Shown here piece after piece: positions 27,677-40,369 of a DNA stretch of 60,000 nt. Source of the DNA: Botryllus schlosseri. Its lineage: Eukaryota. Each line of letters starts with the position of its first letter. Positions within the stretch are counted from its first letter, which is position 1. The notes below the pieces were generated by a model. It searched no databases and had not been told where the DNA came from. It saw only the letters and a list, made by a program, of their open reading frames with translations. Location: NCBI GenBank assembly GCA_051294905.1, contig CM119372.1, positions 14,510,001 to 14,570,000 on the forward strand. The letters are read 5' to 3'. Position numbers and translations under genes: made by a program.

Positions 27677-27822
27677 TTCCGCTTCTCCTATGTATTCTTC
27701 GTTCCTGTATACATGATAAGTGATTTATCTTAGTAGAGAATTTACAGTCATCCACGAATATACTGAATTACTTAAATAAAGAAAGCGGCAACCACCGAAC
27801 TACATGTCCCATTGAGACAAAG

Positions 27823-30800
27823 TCACGGATTAAATCCAGGTAAAGTGCTCCAGTGTATCCACGGATAGCCGTTGTCGCAGGATTTTATCCATCGGTCTAG
27901 TTTATCTTCGTTTCTTTTGTCAGTCCAAAACATGATGTAAAAGTTGCACATTTCGTCGGTGTGCCTGTAACCGATGCTAGTCCGTACATTGCGAAAATTA
28001 TGCATCACACATCTGGCCGCCTGTTTGCAGAACAATATTTAAGTTGCTAACCGCCGTAGCGAATGATAGATTGCCGTTTATAATTACCAGTATATCTCCG
28101 TTTCTAATAGTCATATTATTAGATACTGCGTAAAACTCTTGAGGCAATTGCGGATTTTTCTTTCCTATTAATGTCCATTTAGCATTTCTGATTCGGTAAC
28201 CCAATACTTCGGTGCCGAGAGCATGCGTATGTGTTCGAAAGGCAAACGGATGGATCGGGAAAGTCCGGCGGTATCTAAAGATGAAATTGCATCGATAGGT
28301 TGATTCGAGCTGTTTCAAATAGGACTGCATACGGAGTGATGTTGGCTGGTAAATATAATTGTATTGACTTTTATTGATTTGAAATGTGTAGACTCAGTTA
28401 TATTGTCCACCAGTGTCCACTGTCCATGGACGCATAGTATAAGAGAGACATCTATCATAGACGAACAATATTTGTTACCGCGTACGACAAAGAGTCGAGT
28501 TAGTATATGATATATCGATCACCTCACCACCTCACAAGCTGCGAGCTGCACCACCTTACCTGCAGTATATATCAAAGTTTTTGGTACTGTGAGGTGCAAC
28601 ACTGCCCATAGATGTGGCTAAAACGTAGACACCAGCGATACGGGGCACCTGTTTTTTCGAGGCTATCACTGTTACCGATGAGTAATCTTTCTTGCCACCT
28701 GTGAATAAATAATTGTCAATCTTGGATAGTGGTTGAATGTGAGAAATTCTGCCGTCTTTGAAATACAGAGTTAGATCACATAGCGGTGATGAGGCAAGCT
28801 TTACATACAGTAATCATTGAACACCACAATGCATCATAAAAACGCAGCTCAGTGCGAGAATTGCAATAGTATTTCCTCCACCTATAACCCATAGGTAAAT
28901 CCGGATTGCAACTCCCCGAATACCGGCTAAGAACGTATGGCGACAATCTGGAACACCAGCAGAGATACATTGGCCTATTTGATAGAAATGAAAACTTTGA
29001 AATACGGATTATTTAGAAATCTCAAACTGTCTGTGTCAATGGATTCTTCGTTACATGTGAAATTAGCACGGTAGCCATGACCGTAACAAATTGTTGTACC
29101 GTAACCCTGAAAATAGACATGTTTCATGTTTGGTCAGCGTCGGGATACACAGTTGCACGTTCGACCACTAAATAATAAGTTGACAACTGGAGTTCACGTG
29201 CATAAACAATATTGCGAAAAATGGCGCATGTCTAGCGCCACAAACCTTTGAAAACACTTGCAGATTTATAATGAACCTGCAGCGTTAGGTATTGAACTTG
29301 TGTTGTATCCCCAACTTTGAATCCTATACCCTTCGGAAGCGAGAAGGCTGGCGCATCTTTTGCCCACGCCCATAGAATCGTCGAATAACCACTTCCGCAG
29401 ACGTTCCCGGCTGGGTAACGCGACTTCGCTGCGCCCATCAGACCAGAGCAGTCCCTGTGGAGTGAGTCAATGGTTGTTAGCCATAATTCTTTTGGAACAC
29501 CGATCAGTTGACACGCAGTTGCCACAACCGATGGGGCAGGAGATGTGTATAGCTTGGCTGGCTGTCAACATTTACCATCTGGACTATATACACTCCCGGA
29601 AATACGTATTAGCATAAATTATAGAGTATTTTTTGAAATTTTATGCAACTTTTTCAAAAAATTTTCGCGCTGGGCGCGATTTCAACTTGCCAAATGTTAT
29701 GATTATTGGGTAGGCTACTCTTTCCCCAAGGAAAAATACGCAATATTTATCGAAATGGGCATATCGGCGTTGGCCATTACCGCGCCACGACGCACCAAGA
29801 CATATAAATCCTAGAGTTTTAGGCCATGTATCACGCGACTCCAAGAAGTGTGCCAGAACGATCGGCCGCGAGAAACCTTGGCCGAAAAGGACTGCCCTTA
29901 TGGTGACCGAAAACTTCGTTGTATATATACGAAATACATACAGGTTTATTAATCCATAGGCGCCTAAATGACTAGCGCCGAATGTTCCCACTTCCTGTCT
30001 TGGTAATCTGAAGCTCACAAGACAAATACCATCCCGCAGGGATAAATTTGATGCCAGCGAAGAAATACCAATTTGAAATCGTGTGATCTTTTAGTTTAGT
30101 AGGCTACGTTTGGGCGATTCTATATTTTTTGATAACATCATGTAACGAAGTCATACCAACGAGTCCGTCCGTCAGAGGATGTTTAATTATTATTTACGGG
30201 CTATACATTTTCAAAGACACCTCACTCAGCTCTACCGCTGAGTAGAGAGGACAAGAAATTGATAGCAATATATATGCAATTCCCGATCTTATTGACCGAT
30301 TTTTACCATGAATTACCAAAAAAATTTCGCGCTTAGCGCTGGCCAACTGAACAGTACACCTGTTATTTCGTGGCAAAAGCGAACAACGTGATTGGGGGGG
30401 GTCGGTTTATCACCCTATGGGAGCCCAAGACTCAAGTTTTTTGGAGAGCCTGACGAAGTGCTGTTCCGTTCCTGCCAACGGGTATGCACCCGGAAATGTT
30501 CAATTATTATTGAGGGGTCCTACCTTTTCAAGCACACCTTACTCAGCTCTACCGGTAAATCAGATTACGGGAGCAGAGAGAGGATAAAAATTTATAGCAA
30601 TATACAAGCAATACCGATCATCTTGATCGATTCAGTCATGAATTACAGAAGTTTCTTGCGCATGGCGCGATTAAGCGAGCAAAGCCGACTCACTAAACGG
30701 ACACCCAATGTATAAATAATGTCATATTGACCGATTCAGTCATGAATTAAAAGAATTTCTAGCGCTTCGCGCGATTAGGCAAGCAAAGCAGACTCAGTAA

Positions 30801-33800
30801 ACGGATCCCCAATTAATAAACAACGTATACCCAATGTGAAGAGCGTATAGCAGGAGGGGGGTCTGGGGGGCGAAGCCCCCCATAAGTTCGGTTTACCACC
30901 CTATGGGGGGCCCAAGACCAACGTTTTGGGGGGGGGGTCTGACGAAGTGCTGTTACGGCCCTGTACGTACTCTATAACCGGACTGGTGATTTGGTGTGCG
31001 GTAATGTACTATATGTTTTAGCATGCTGTCCCTGTTTTTAATTAATATTACAGGCTATACATCATCGTTCGAAAACAAATTGTCCCTATCCAACAACATA
31101 CAAAATCAAGGAGGCTCCAGCAACGTTCCCTCTAATTTTTGACGAGTCTGCGCACACTCACCAACTCACTGCGCAGACCCTTGAACAACAAAGTGTGTAA
31201 CGACTAAAAAAAGGTCATCACTTCGGATTTTTTGTGCGCAACTTCGATTTTCTGTGCGCAGAGACCGTATCAGCACTGCGCATTTGCGCACGTGCGCAAT
31301 GCGCAGCTTAGAGGGAACATTGGGCTCCAGTAATAAATGTACGATATGGTCGACGGGATTGACTCACCATACAGATCCAGGGTTTTTCATCCCAGGATCT
31401 TGACATCCGTAGAGAAGCATGTGGTGAGCCACAGTCTGCTTTGCGTGAGGAATATACTTCTCTGAATGATAAAAGTCAAGAGTCAATGTAAGGCATGTGG
31501 ATCTGAAAAATTAAGAGCTGAATCGAAATATAACTTTGTCGGGATTACCGATGTTCGTTGTATAATGTGCACTGTATTGTACAATGTACATTGTACATTT
31601 ACAGTAGTGCACACTGGACATATGCCGCCCTACGCCTAGTTATGTGAACACAATTGTAGAACATTAAGGGCGTTATGGTCGAACATTACAATCTCATCCT
31701 ATAGTACCGATAAAGCCTTACTCCGCTATAGAAACAAACCACCATAATAAATGATGCGCAGTCCAATCTATAAGTGAAAGTGAAAATTCACAGACTAACC
31801 CAGCGGTTCTCAACCTTTTTGGACATGCGCCTCCCTTGGCGATGGTAAAAAAATTGTGCCCTCCTCATGACCGCCTGCACTTATCGTCATGTCAAAAATA
31901 GCACATCATCTAATACGAAGGTAAGCAACCTTTTTGCCAATCACGGCCACATTTCTATTACTCATGTAGCGTAAGGCCGCATTCCAGGGCATAGCAATGA
32001 TAAACTAACTGGACACAAAATACTTATGTTAATCTGTCCATATCCATTCCCAGTGAACTCAGGACTATTCTACTTTTCACAACGGCCTATTGTAAGCACC
32101 GAAATCGCGAGTGGAAATGTTATGAATAGTAGCTGGGATTGGATATTGTCGCGAATGTCGAATTGTCGCAGATTCACGAATGAATTCCATAATTACTAGT
32201 AGCAGTATCAGATATTACTATCAAATATTTATCCTTTCTGAGCCCATGTGATCAGATTCACCGGTAGGGTTCATGGAGAGAGTGCTTTCGAAAATTTAGG
32301 GCAAGATATAAATGATAATGAATCTTCGGGTGGGCCAATTGTTATTAGTCACTTTTGTTGCATGCTGTTGTTTCTTGCCCCCCTCCCCCCGTCAGGATTA
32401 TCGATTGTATCGGTAGTGGAAATATATTGAAATCGCCCAAATGTAGGCTACCATAAACAAATTTCTGTCGCGAGTAGCCCACGATTCCGATTCCGGCTCA
32501 AATTGAGATGGATGCCACTATATTAAAATCGATAAATGAAGTCATGTTGAATTGCGTGGAGCGCGAAGAAAATTTCAAGATTAATTAAACGTAAGACCTT
32601 GGTAGCTTTCACACTCTATTTAACGTCCACTTGCGAATGAATATAACTTTATTAGTTACACGAGCTTTCGGAGCGCTGCTCCTTCATCAGGTGTCAAAGC
32701 TGATTAATTAAACTGTCTCAAAAATTTGGGAGTGAATTCGTAATTTCCATTTGCATGTCGACGCGGCCGCTAACACATACTAATTGAATTAGGTGTCGAA
32801 GACCGCACAAACTCCCTTCTACGGCCGCAGGTTGCCCATCCCTCAACTAGTAGTATACATATGGTATGTCTCACGCCAAGTTTAAATCCGCATTAAAGTT
32901 GCTGAGTCTTTAACATTTCTGACAAATTTCCCCCAAACTTGTTTGAAAAGAGCAAAAACATAGAACAGGACATCAATTTATATCAAGATAGGTTACACTG
33001 AGACTAATCCTAATGCTGGTAGTGACTACAGAGAGCACGGCGTCGTTCTGTACTGCCATGCTAAATTTGATCAGTTTTGATATTGAATTAAATTGTGTTG
33101 ATTTACGGTAGCCTAATTGAGGGCGAAACCGGGCAACCTATATTGCAACCACGTTGAGAACCACTGGACTAACCGATTACGTTTCTTTTAACGACGTTGT
33201 GTCTACAGAGAGGTCAGTGATGAGGCGCCTCGGTAAATCCAGATAACCATTCAGAAAGCATTCGCATTCGCCTTCATGTGTCACATTCACGTATAGGCTA
33301 TAGCCTACTTCTAGCGATCGCAACCGCGTGCGTTTCAGCGAAGTTCACGCATTTGCCATAATGCTGAAACCAATTCCTTACTTATGTAAATAGGTTTCCC
33401 TCTTTCTTTAACCACATCATCGATTCGTACTGATGTACATAGATATGTATCGTCCTGCAATGAAGTTGCGAAGATTATTTGTTGGATTATGCATATCAGA
33501 GATCGGCACGTTTGTCCTGCAGTCCTGCAGAGGGTATGGATTGTTCAAAGTGCAGTCAGTAGATCTAATGAGGCCCTACAAGTACAGTCAGATTTCATCT
33601 GGCCCAATCAAACTTCATCATAAAATGTAACCCCAATTTGCGGCCACAGCGGTGATCTATCAAGCACACCCCAAATGCGTGATTAGATAGACATACCCGG
33701 TCAGTATATAGGTAATCAATCTTTCGAAAAAAAGTTGACATATATTTATGGTTTTCAATGCCTACAAATAGGAGTCTTGAAAATTATTGATATTTATATT

Positions 33801-36267
33801 GTAAACACTGCAGGCAGGCATTGTGAATACGTACACTGTAACGTCGTACACGTACAGTACACGTTGCATAATTAATTCCAAGCTGTGTGAGAAAGAAACA
33901 CGGAGTCAGCAATGCAAAATGTATAGGCCTACTATTCATCTATTCTGTAGTATGGCGCTAGGCATACATTATATAGATTCTACAAGCTAAGCTAAGCTAA
34001 AGCTAAGCCTGTTTTGTATGTTTGTATAGTTGCTGTGAAACAAGAATGACAGGATCGATCGAGATACAGCTCTTGCAGCATGTGCTACATGTGGGAATTT
34101 CGAACAATTATGCTCCTTTGCGTAAGGCGCATTATCGTTCATGCGTTTTTAGATTTGATTATATGTGGAACATTTTCACGATGCATCCATCAGTATTGTG
34201 AGTAACATGAATTTTTCATATCTGTCAGCGAATGTATTTATGAATTATATGGGGAAATGTCAAGCAAATAGATCATTGATTTATTAGGAAACAGAAAATA
34301 ATCATAAGTCAAGTCTGTTGGATAATATGCAGCAAAAGTTAGAGAACTAAATCCATGTGTTTCAAACAACACGCACCTTTTTAACCGATACTCCAGGTAG
34401 CTGAACTTGTAGCGCAATATCGTCGGGAACTGTTGAAATTTTGTTGTTCGAATATGTTTTTTGCCTGGAAAGGAATACTTTATTCATCGTTTGATGCGCG
34501 ATAGTGTACATTCCATTCCCAAATGATATTGATTGTAACTTGGACGTACATATATGTTGTAATGTATATTATATATAGCCAAGGATGTAATTATTGCAGT
34601 TCAGTGGTTCTCAACCTTTTTTAGATACGCCCCTCTGATGATAGTGAAAATTTTCGCGCCCCCTTATCGTCATGTCAAAAAAGGATAAAACAAGCAACCA
34701 GAATGTTTGCGATCCCAAGGCATAGTTTGGTGGCATGGAAGGTTACTATGACCGGGGCCTATAGGCGATATCGTAGGCCCCGCTATGACAGTTGAGAGAC
34801 TTCTTAAATATGAAATTCTGACTATATACACAGAGCAATTATTTTGAGCCGGGGAATATTTTGTCAAAATTAATTATGTGCAATGGTACACGTAGACGTA
34901 GCAAATATATATTTTAGCCATTTTGGTGTCTAATACCTTCTATTTACTGGGTCTGGCTCAAACGTACCTGTCCTTAAGCTAAAAATCAAGGGCTTCACGC
35001 CATTCAAACTTGTCACTTCTTCAAGGGACGAACAATTTGTCGGTGCGGCTGGCAGGAGCTCGACAAGGGAATAATTCAATTGATTACTTCAAGGTGGGTG
35101 TCTGATTCCTAAGACTACTCCAAGTCGTTTCGACAACTTCCTATCTTTTCATTGTATCGCATTTTTGTGCTGTATTGAACTGATAAAATCGCTAATAAAC
35201 CTAACTTTTGAGCTGTCATAAAATGCGTTTCTCAAGAGTGGCATTCTACAATTGCGTCCTAATTAAGGATAATCGAAATGGCAACGTTCGTAAGCCACTT
35301 CGATTTAAATCCTTGTTTCTTAGATTCAAAAGACATATGCATGGACTGTATGACATGACCTTATAATAAGGAAATATCCTATTTCTCCAACACTTTGTGT
35401 TGTTCTGCGCACTCTGCACAGCAGCTAGGCAGACAGACCGTAAAAACATTAGCTAATGCCGCACTTGCTCTTAATTCAGAGACATCTTCTGCTGACTGGT
35501 GCAAGGTTCGGTATCAGTCACAATCTAGCATAGGTGCATGGGTGGTACGACGCAATTATGGCATTAAAAATCGTAATATAATTAGGATCATTGCCGTTGT
35601 TGAAACTTGGAAGTTTCAGCACAAATTAAACTCATTCTGAGTTCATGAAACGTCATTTCTCTCAGGCGACTTCGTGCCCCCAGCTTGAGAACCACTGTTA
35701 TAGATAGTAAAATGGCAGCAGCGCTCTTCACCACGAACGGTTTGGTGCACCACCTGAAAGATTTGTATGGCATATATAGGCTTATACAGCTTATTGGTAT
35801 CTATATATATCATCATTTATGTGCGTATTTGACATAACTATAATTTACTTGGTATCATCGTATTCCGCCAACAGCGTCTTTAGCATATCCTCTTCACTTT
35901 GTTTCGAATTTGAATCTGGTTTCCAGATCCCATCAACTTCCCGTTCCTTCTTGCCGTCAGACGTAATCGAGTCTGCATGATCCAACGCAAGAAATGACTC
36001 ATCTGGGAATGCCTTTGCTGCACTCTCAGGAAATTCCTGAGCGCTGTCATCAGACTGATAAAGTTCACTTTGGTCAATATCTTCGTCTATGTTAGCATAC
36101 GAATTTAGCAGTCCATGATCATTACTATCCGGCAACGGCAAGGACTCTGCGGCTTTATCATCCGCTTCCGGAAGCAGATTATTCACAGCAGATGATTCTA
36201 TCCTCCGTGGATGGATGAGCATCATCCACAGCACACAAGACCTGACCATGTGACCCGACGGTGTCAT
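27823..36267 (-). CDS. PHM: Peptidylglycine alpha-hydroxylating monooxygenase (PHM; copper type II ascorbate-dependent monooxygenase, PAM family), monofunctional, ~468 aa
   Basis: Exons on the minus strand: 36267-35849, 34464-34377, 33454-33382, 31461-31368, 29454-29246, 28698-28560, 28274-28088, 28020-27823. All introns are GT-AG; 1407 nt in frame. PHM motifs: LPGV..DTYLC, AHHMLLYGC (CuH His pair), ILWAWAKDAP..LPKGIGFKVG, LQVHY (third CuH His), FRTHTHALG (CuM His pair), PQLPQEFY, GDILAARC, DEMCNFYIM (CuM Met). Alternative start ATG at 36249. Confidence 0.95.
29600..30963. mobile_element. CAGGGCCGTAAC-family non-autonomous DNA transposon (5' truncated) in a PHM intron
   Basis: Ends CTGACGAAGTGCTGTTACGGCCCTG. 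Colinear with the outer parts of 38384-44527 and with 44830-45697. Has an internal duplication of the 3' segment. Confidence 0.8.
31121..31322. mobile_element. hAT-like MITE with TGCGCA repeats
   Basis: TIR CAACGTTCCCTCTAA...TTAGAGGGAACATTG. Perfect TSD GGCTCCAG (31113-31120, 31323-31330). Confidence 0.88.
31801..33166. mobile_element. Charlie/Buster-like non-autonomous element with nested insert
   Basis: TIR CAGCGGTTCTCAAC...GTTGAGAACCACTG and TSD GACTAACC. The nested ~31917-32845 is homologous to ~46641-47457. Confidence 0.85.
34602..35697. mobile_element. Charlie/Buster-like non-autonomous element
   Basis: TIR CAGTGGTTCTCAA...TTGAGAACCACTG. Left end resembles the 31801 copy and it contains a LINE tail. 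TSD not evident. Confidence 0.7.
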
Positions 36268-36525
36268 GGTTGCTGACAACGCGCTGATTTCCAATATACT
36301 GTAATTTCCGACGTATTCAGCTGAATTATATTGTTCTAAATAAGTTGAACTGCTGAAAATTATTTTAAAATGTTCAGTGCCACTGATTGGCGGTCATGGT
36401 TGCTCAGTGGTTACAACCCCGACTCGCATGTCAGTACCAGAGGTACTACGTTCGATACCCGCTGGTTATCTCCCGAGAACCCAGCCGAGGGCATACAATA
36501 CGGTCGCGACAGGACGTCATAAACT

Positions 36526-36671
36526 TAGGGTTACCATACGTCCTTTTTTAGTAAAATCTATAAATTTTCCAGCAAAAATAGCAAAATCTGCTGTTTTCAG
36601 TCTTGATCAACTAACTTTTCTGATTTGGTGAAAGTGTCTTCCTTTCCCGATTCCAAAATATGGTAACCCTA
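36526..36671. mobile_element. Short hAT-like MITE inserted in a SINE-like sequence upstream of PHM
   Basis: TIR TAGGGTTACCATA...TATGGTAACCCTA and TSD C(A/G)TAAACT. Relatives at ~14940-15150 and 43522-43906. Confidence 0.85.
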
Positions 36672-39600
36672 CGTAAACTGCAATCAAATAATGGAGCACA
36701 TTCACTGACGACTGACGTGCTTGTGACAACCGCCTATATGAGAGAAGCTGAATGACTCTATTTGTGTGCCTTCACTTAGACTCGGGTGTTCAAGCGAGTG
36801 GCCATATGTCTAGGACCTCCATTGGTTTCTTACACACTATTGTCACTGTGCTAAACTTTAACATTGCTAAATTTTCTGAATTGTGGCTATACTCTTGGGT
36901 GTTAGTTAGTATGTCTTTGATTTGTAGTCTGGAATTTCCCAAAATGAATATCAGGATATTTGCATTGCACAGCCGACAAAGAAAATATTGTATAGCTATA
37001 ATGAAGACAATCGCATATGGTTATAAGAAGATTTGATCCGCTATAACGATAGGATTCCAAACGGTCTTCCATCTAGATTCTAGACATACATGGATGGCCT
37101 CATACCTCGTCCTGATGACAGCGTTGACCTTTCTTGCTGCCGAAATGCTATTCCGTGATAGCGAAAGGACAAATATATGAATTATTGGCGTCCACGCAGT
37201 TAGCCTTGGCTACGAAATATACTCGTTATTATACAGAATTATTTGCAACATACAGAACCATCCCGCTCGGTAGGTGATACTCTGCTAAGTCTTCTTCGCC
37301 CTCTTCTATTGTCAACATATAAGACTATTCCTCGAATCAAAAAGCGATGCTCGCTGTCAGTTTATAAGATAATTCACGCGACCGGGGAGCACGTTTCTGA
37401 TCTCATCTATATTTAACAACATATGGTCCGGGGATCTCAAGACTGGGCTAATATTGATTACTTTATGTAAGCGGTAATCGCTCAACAGCACTGATGCCAA
37501 CATTTTTTCGAAGTTTTTCGGTAAGCCTACTCGTTGCTAGAGCGTAGAACGAAGACAGTCTGCTTCATCGTTCTAGCGTGCAACTTCCGCCGTTTAATGC
37601 GATCAGGAAGTAATCTGATATATTTTCAAAAGTAGGACTAACACTGGTGAGATACAATGCATATACTGTATCTGAAGTATCATATGCTCCTTAGCCGCCG
37701 CGACGCATTGTACGATGTGTGTATTGTGTACATAAAAAATCTAGCGCCTATATAGAAGCAGAGAATTAGTAAGGGACGGTACGAGAAGATTTATCGCAAT
37801 TCGTATAAAGAATTTTTTCCTACCGCAATTTCGTAACTTGATCGTGCCATGCAATACCCGTTTGGGTTGTATTTACCAATTTTGAAATCGCACAATCCTG
37901 AAACCTGACCAACTTCAAACTGACGCACTGTCGCCAAAAATAGAAACTCGGTGTCTTTTAGGGTGATTTTGTGTGGGTTTCCGTGCCGTAAATATATTTC
38001 AATTTACATTGACGGATTTTGTGTGACAGAATGACAGTGCGGGGCCTAGGCCGGGATTCGTGGTTCTTGACCTATACTAGCCTGGCAAACCCCTATGCTA
38101 ATTTGCAATCCTTCGACGGGCCCCAATTTTTCACCGAGACTCAAAAACAAATATCTACCTAGGCTAAGCCTATATCTACACGTTTAATACATCATTACTA
38201 TAGAATGCTGGCGCACGAAATGAGCCGTGCGTCATCACCATGTAGTGTTACAAGAACAAGACCATTCAAACAAGATTACTATACAAACAAGGAATGGTTA
38301 CTGTGACATTCGGTTTCCAACTACAACCACCCCTGCGTACGCCACTGCACACGGCTTAGCCTATACCGCCAAGCACCAATATACAGGACCGTAACTGCCG
38401 CGCCCCGAACCCCCAATTGGGGCCCGAGTTCGAAGAGGGCCCAAAATTATTTTGTAAATTAGCATAAATTATAGAGTTCTTTTTTTTTGAAATTTTTGCA
38501 ACTTACAAAAATATTTTCGCTCTGCGCGCGATTTAACGTTGCCAAATATCTGGATTATTGGATACCCTCCCCCCCGATAAAATATACACGATTTATACAA
38601 ATCGGCATTTCGGCGTCGACCATTACCGCGCCACAACGCACTAAGATATATACACTATACAATTCTAGGCCATGTGACATGCGACTCCAAGAAGTGTGCC
38701 AGAACGATCAGCGGCGAGAAAACCTGGGCCGAAATGGACTGCCCCTATATTAGGGTTGCCATATGTCCGGAATTTCCCGGACATGTCCGGAATTTCACTG
38801 AAAAATCTGCGTCCGGGAGGAATTTCTGAAATATGCCTTAATGTCCGGAATTTTGAAGGCTGGAAGCAGGCTCAAAAGTTTTTCGTAAATCAACATGAAC
38901 AATATTATTTTCAAGCAGATTTAAGCTATTCATAATTGTTCTTCGCGCTGCGCGCGAGTTAATGCAACGTATAATGATATTAGTATGGGCACCAGGCACA
39001 ACCCTTGGCAAAAAATGCAATCACAATGAATATAAATAACCACCATTTACTGAAATAAGTCTGTTTGTAATCGCAATTATAAGCTAACGGTATATTCGTA
39101 GAGTTGGTTAAGGCCGATTGAATGCTTTAATCACACACAGTGGTTCCAAATCTTGGGGTCGTCCGCCTCTATCTGGGGATCGTGATGGTGTTGGACGTAA
39201 TCAGCTTAATAGGCCGTGAGTAAGTGTGGGCAAGCTGAATTGGTTTAGTAATCAGCTTATCAAGTTTTGAACTTTGCCACGGAACATTTTCAAGTGGGAA
39301 ATGGAGCCGCGACCATAAAAGGTTGGAAATCACCGGATGTGCAACCTGCTGGTGCATTTTATAGTAGCCTATCGAATAATCAATATTATTGACAGAATTC
39401 ATACATAAAATTTAACAGCCAAATGCATATAGTAAGTGCCCAACAAGTTACATCGACTAGGCCTAAGCCCAGGCCTAGGCCCAAGATCAGAGCTTTTTTT
39501 TGGCGAAAGGGGGGGGGGATGTTGTTTCGGACCTGATAAAAACACATAAACAGATAACCATACCGACCTAACTGTATAGCAGGGCTGTCAAACACAATCC

Positions 39601-39742
39601 CGACAGGCCAGATACGGCCCGCCAGATGATTTCATCCGGCCCGTGGAGGAATCTATTGCAAACCCTAGTAAGTAGCAATCACCAGAACTCACATTACTGA
39701 TGGCCCAATTCATGACCTATGTTCCACTTCATTCCTGTATAG

Positions 39743-40361
39743 TAGGGCTGTTCAAAAATAAACTTTTTTCCTGAATCTTGCTGGTTACTTGATTAAATCG
39801 TTATGTTGCCTTAAAAAATGACGCACGCCAAATTTGAATTCATTCCAACCAATATTCGCGGATTTCGTAGAGTTTGAAAATTCTGAATTTGCCTAAAATT
39901 GCAAAAAAAAAATTTTTCAAATTTTCCTTCCAACCTTATGAAATTGTTGCGCTGTCTTCAAAAACGATGGAAAACAAATTTGACTCAATTCCAAGCTGCA
40001 GAAGCGGAGTTATTCAAGTTTTTTGATGATAATTCTGGGATGATCCACCAATCAAGGATAATCCCAGAATTACCAAAGAAAAACTGAAATAACGCCACTA
40101 CTACGGCTTCGAATTGAGTCAAATTTGGTTTGCATCGTTTTTGAAGACAGCGCAACAATTTCATGGGGTTGGCAGAAAAATTTGAAAAAAATTTTTTTTT
40201 TGCATTTGAAGGCAAATTCAAAATTTTCAAACTCTACGAAATCCGCGAATATTGGTTAAAATGAATTCAAATTTGGTGTGCGTCGTTTTTTAAGGCAACC
40301 TAACGATTTAATCAAGTAACCAGCAAGATTCAGGAAAAAAGGTTATTTTTGAACAGCCCTA
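39743..40361. mobile_element. Foldback MITE (hAT-like)
   Basis: ~270 bp inverted arms TAGGGCTGTTCAAAAATAA...TTATTTTTGAACAGCCCTA. TSD CTGTATAG (39735-39742, 40362-40369). Confidence 0.93.
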
Positions 40362-40369
40362 CTGTATAG

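Noticed and set aside
35845..36294. 149-aa acidic ORF as a standalone neuropeptide precursor gene
   Set aside because: Its apparent stop lies inside a GTAAAT donor that splices in frame to the PHM exons, so it is best read as PHM exon 1.
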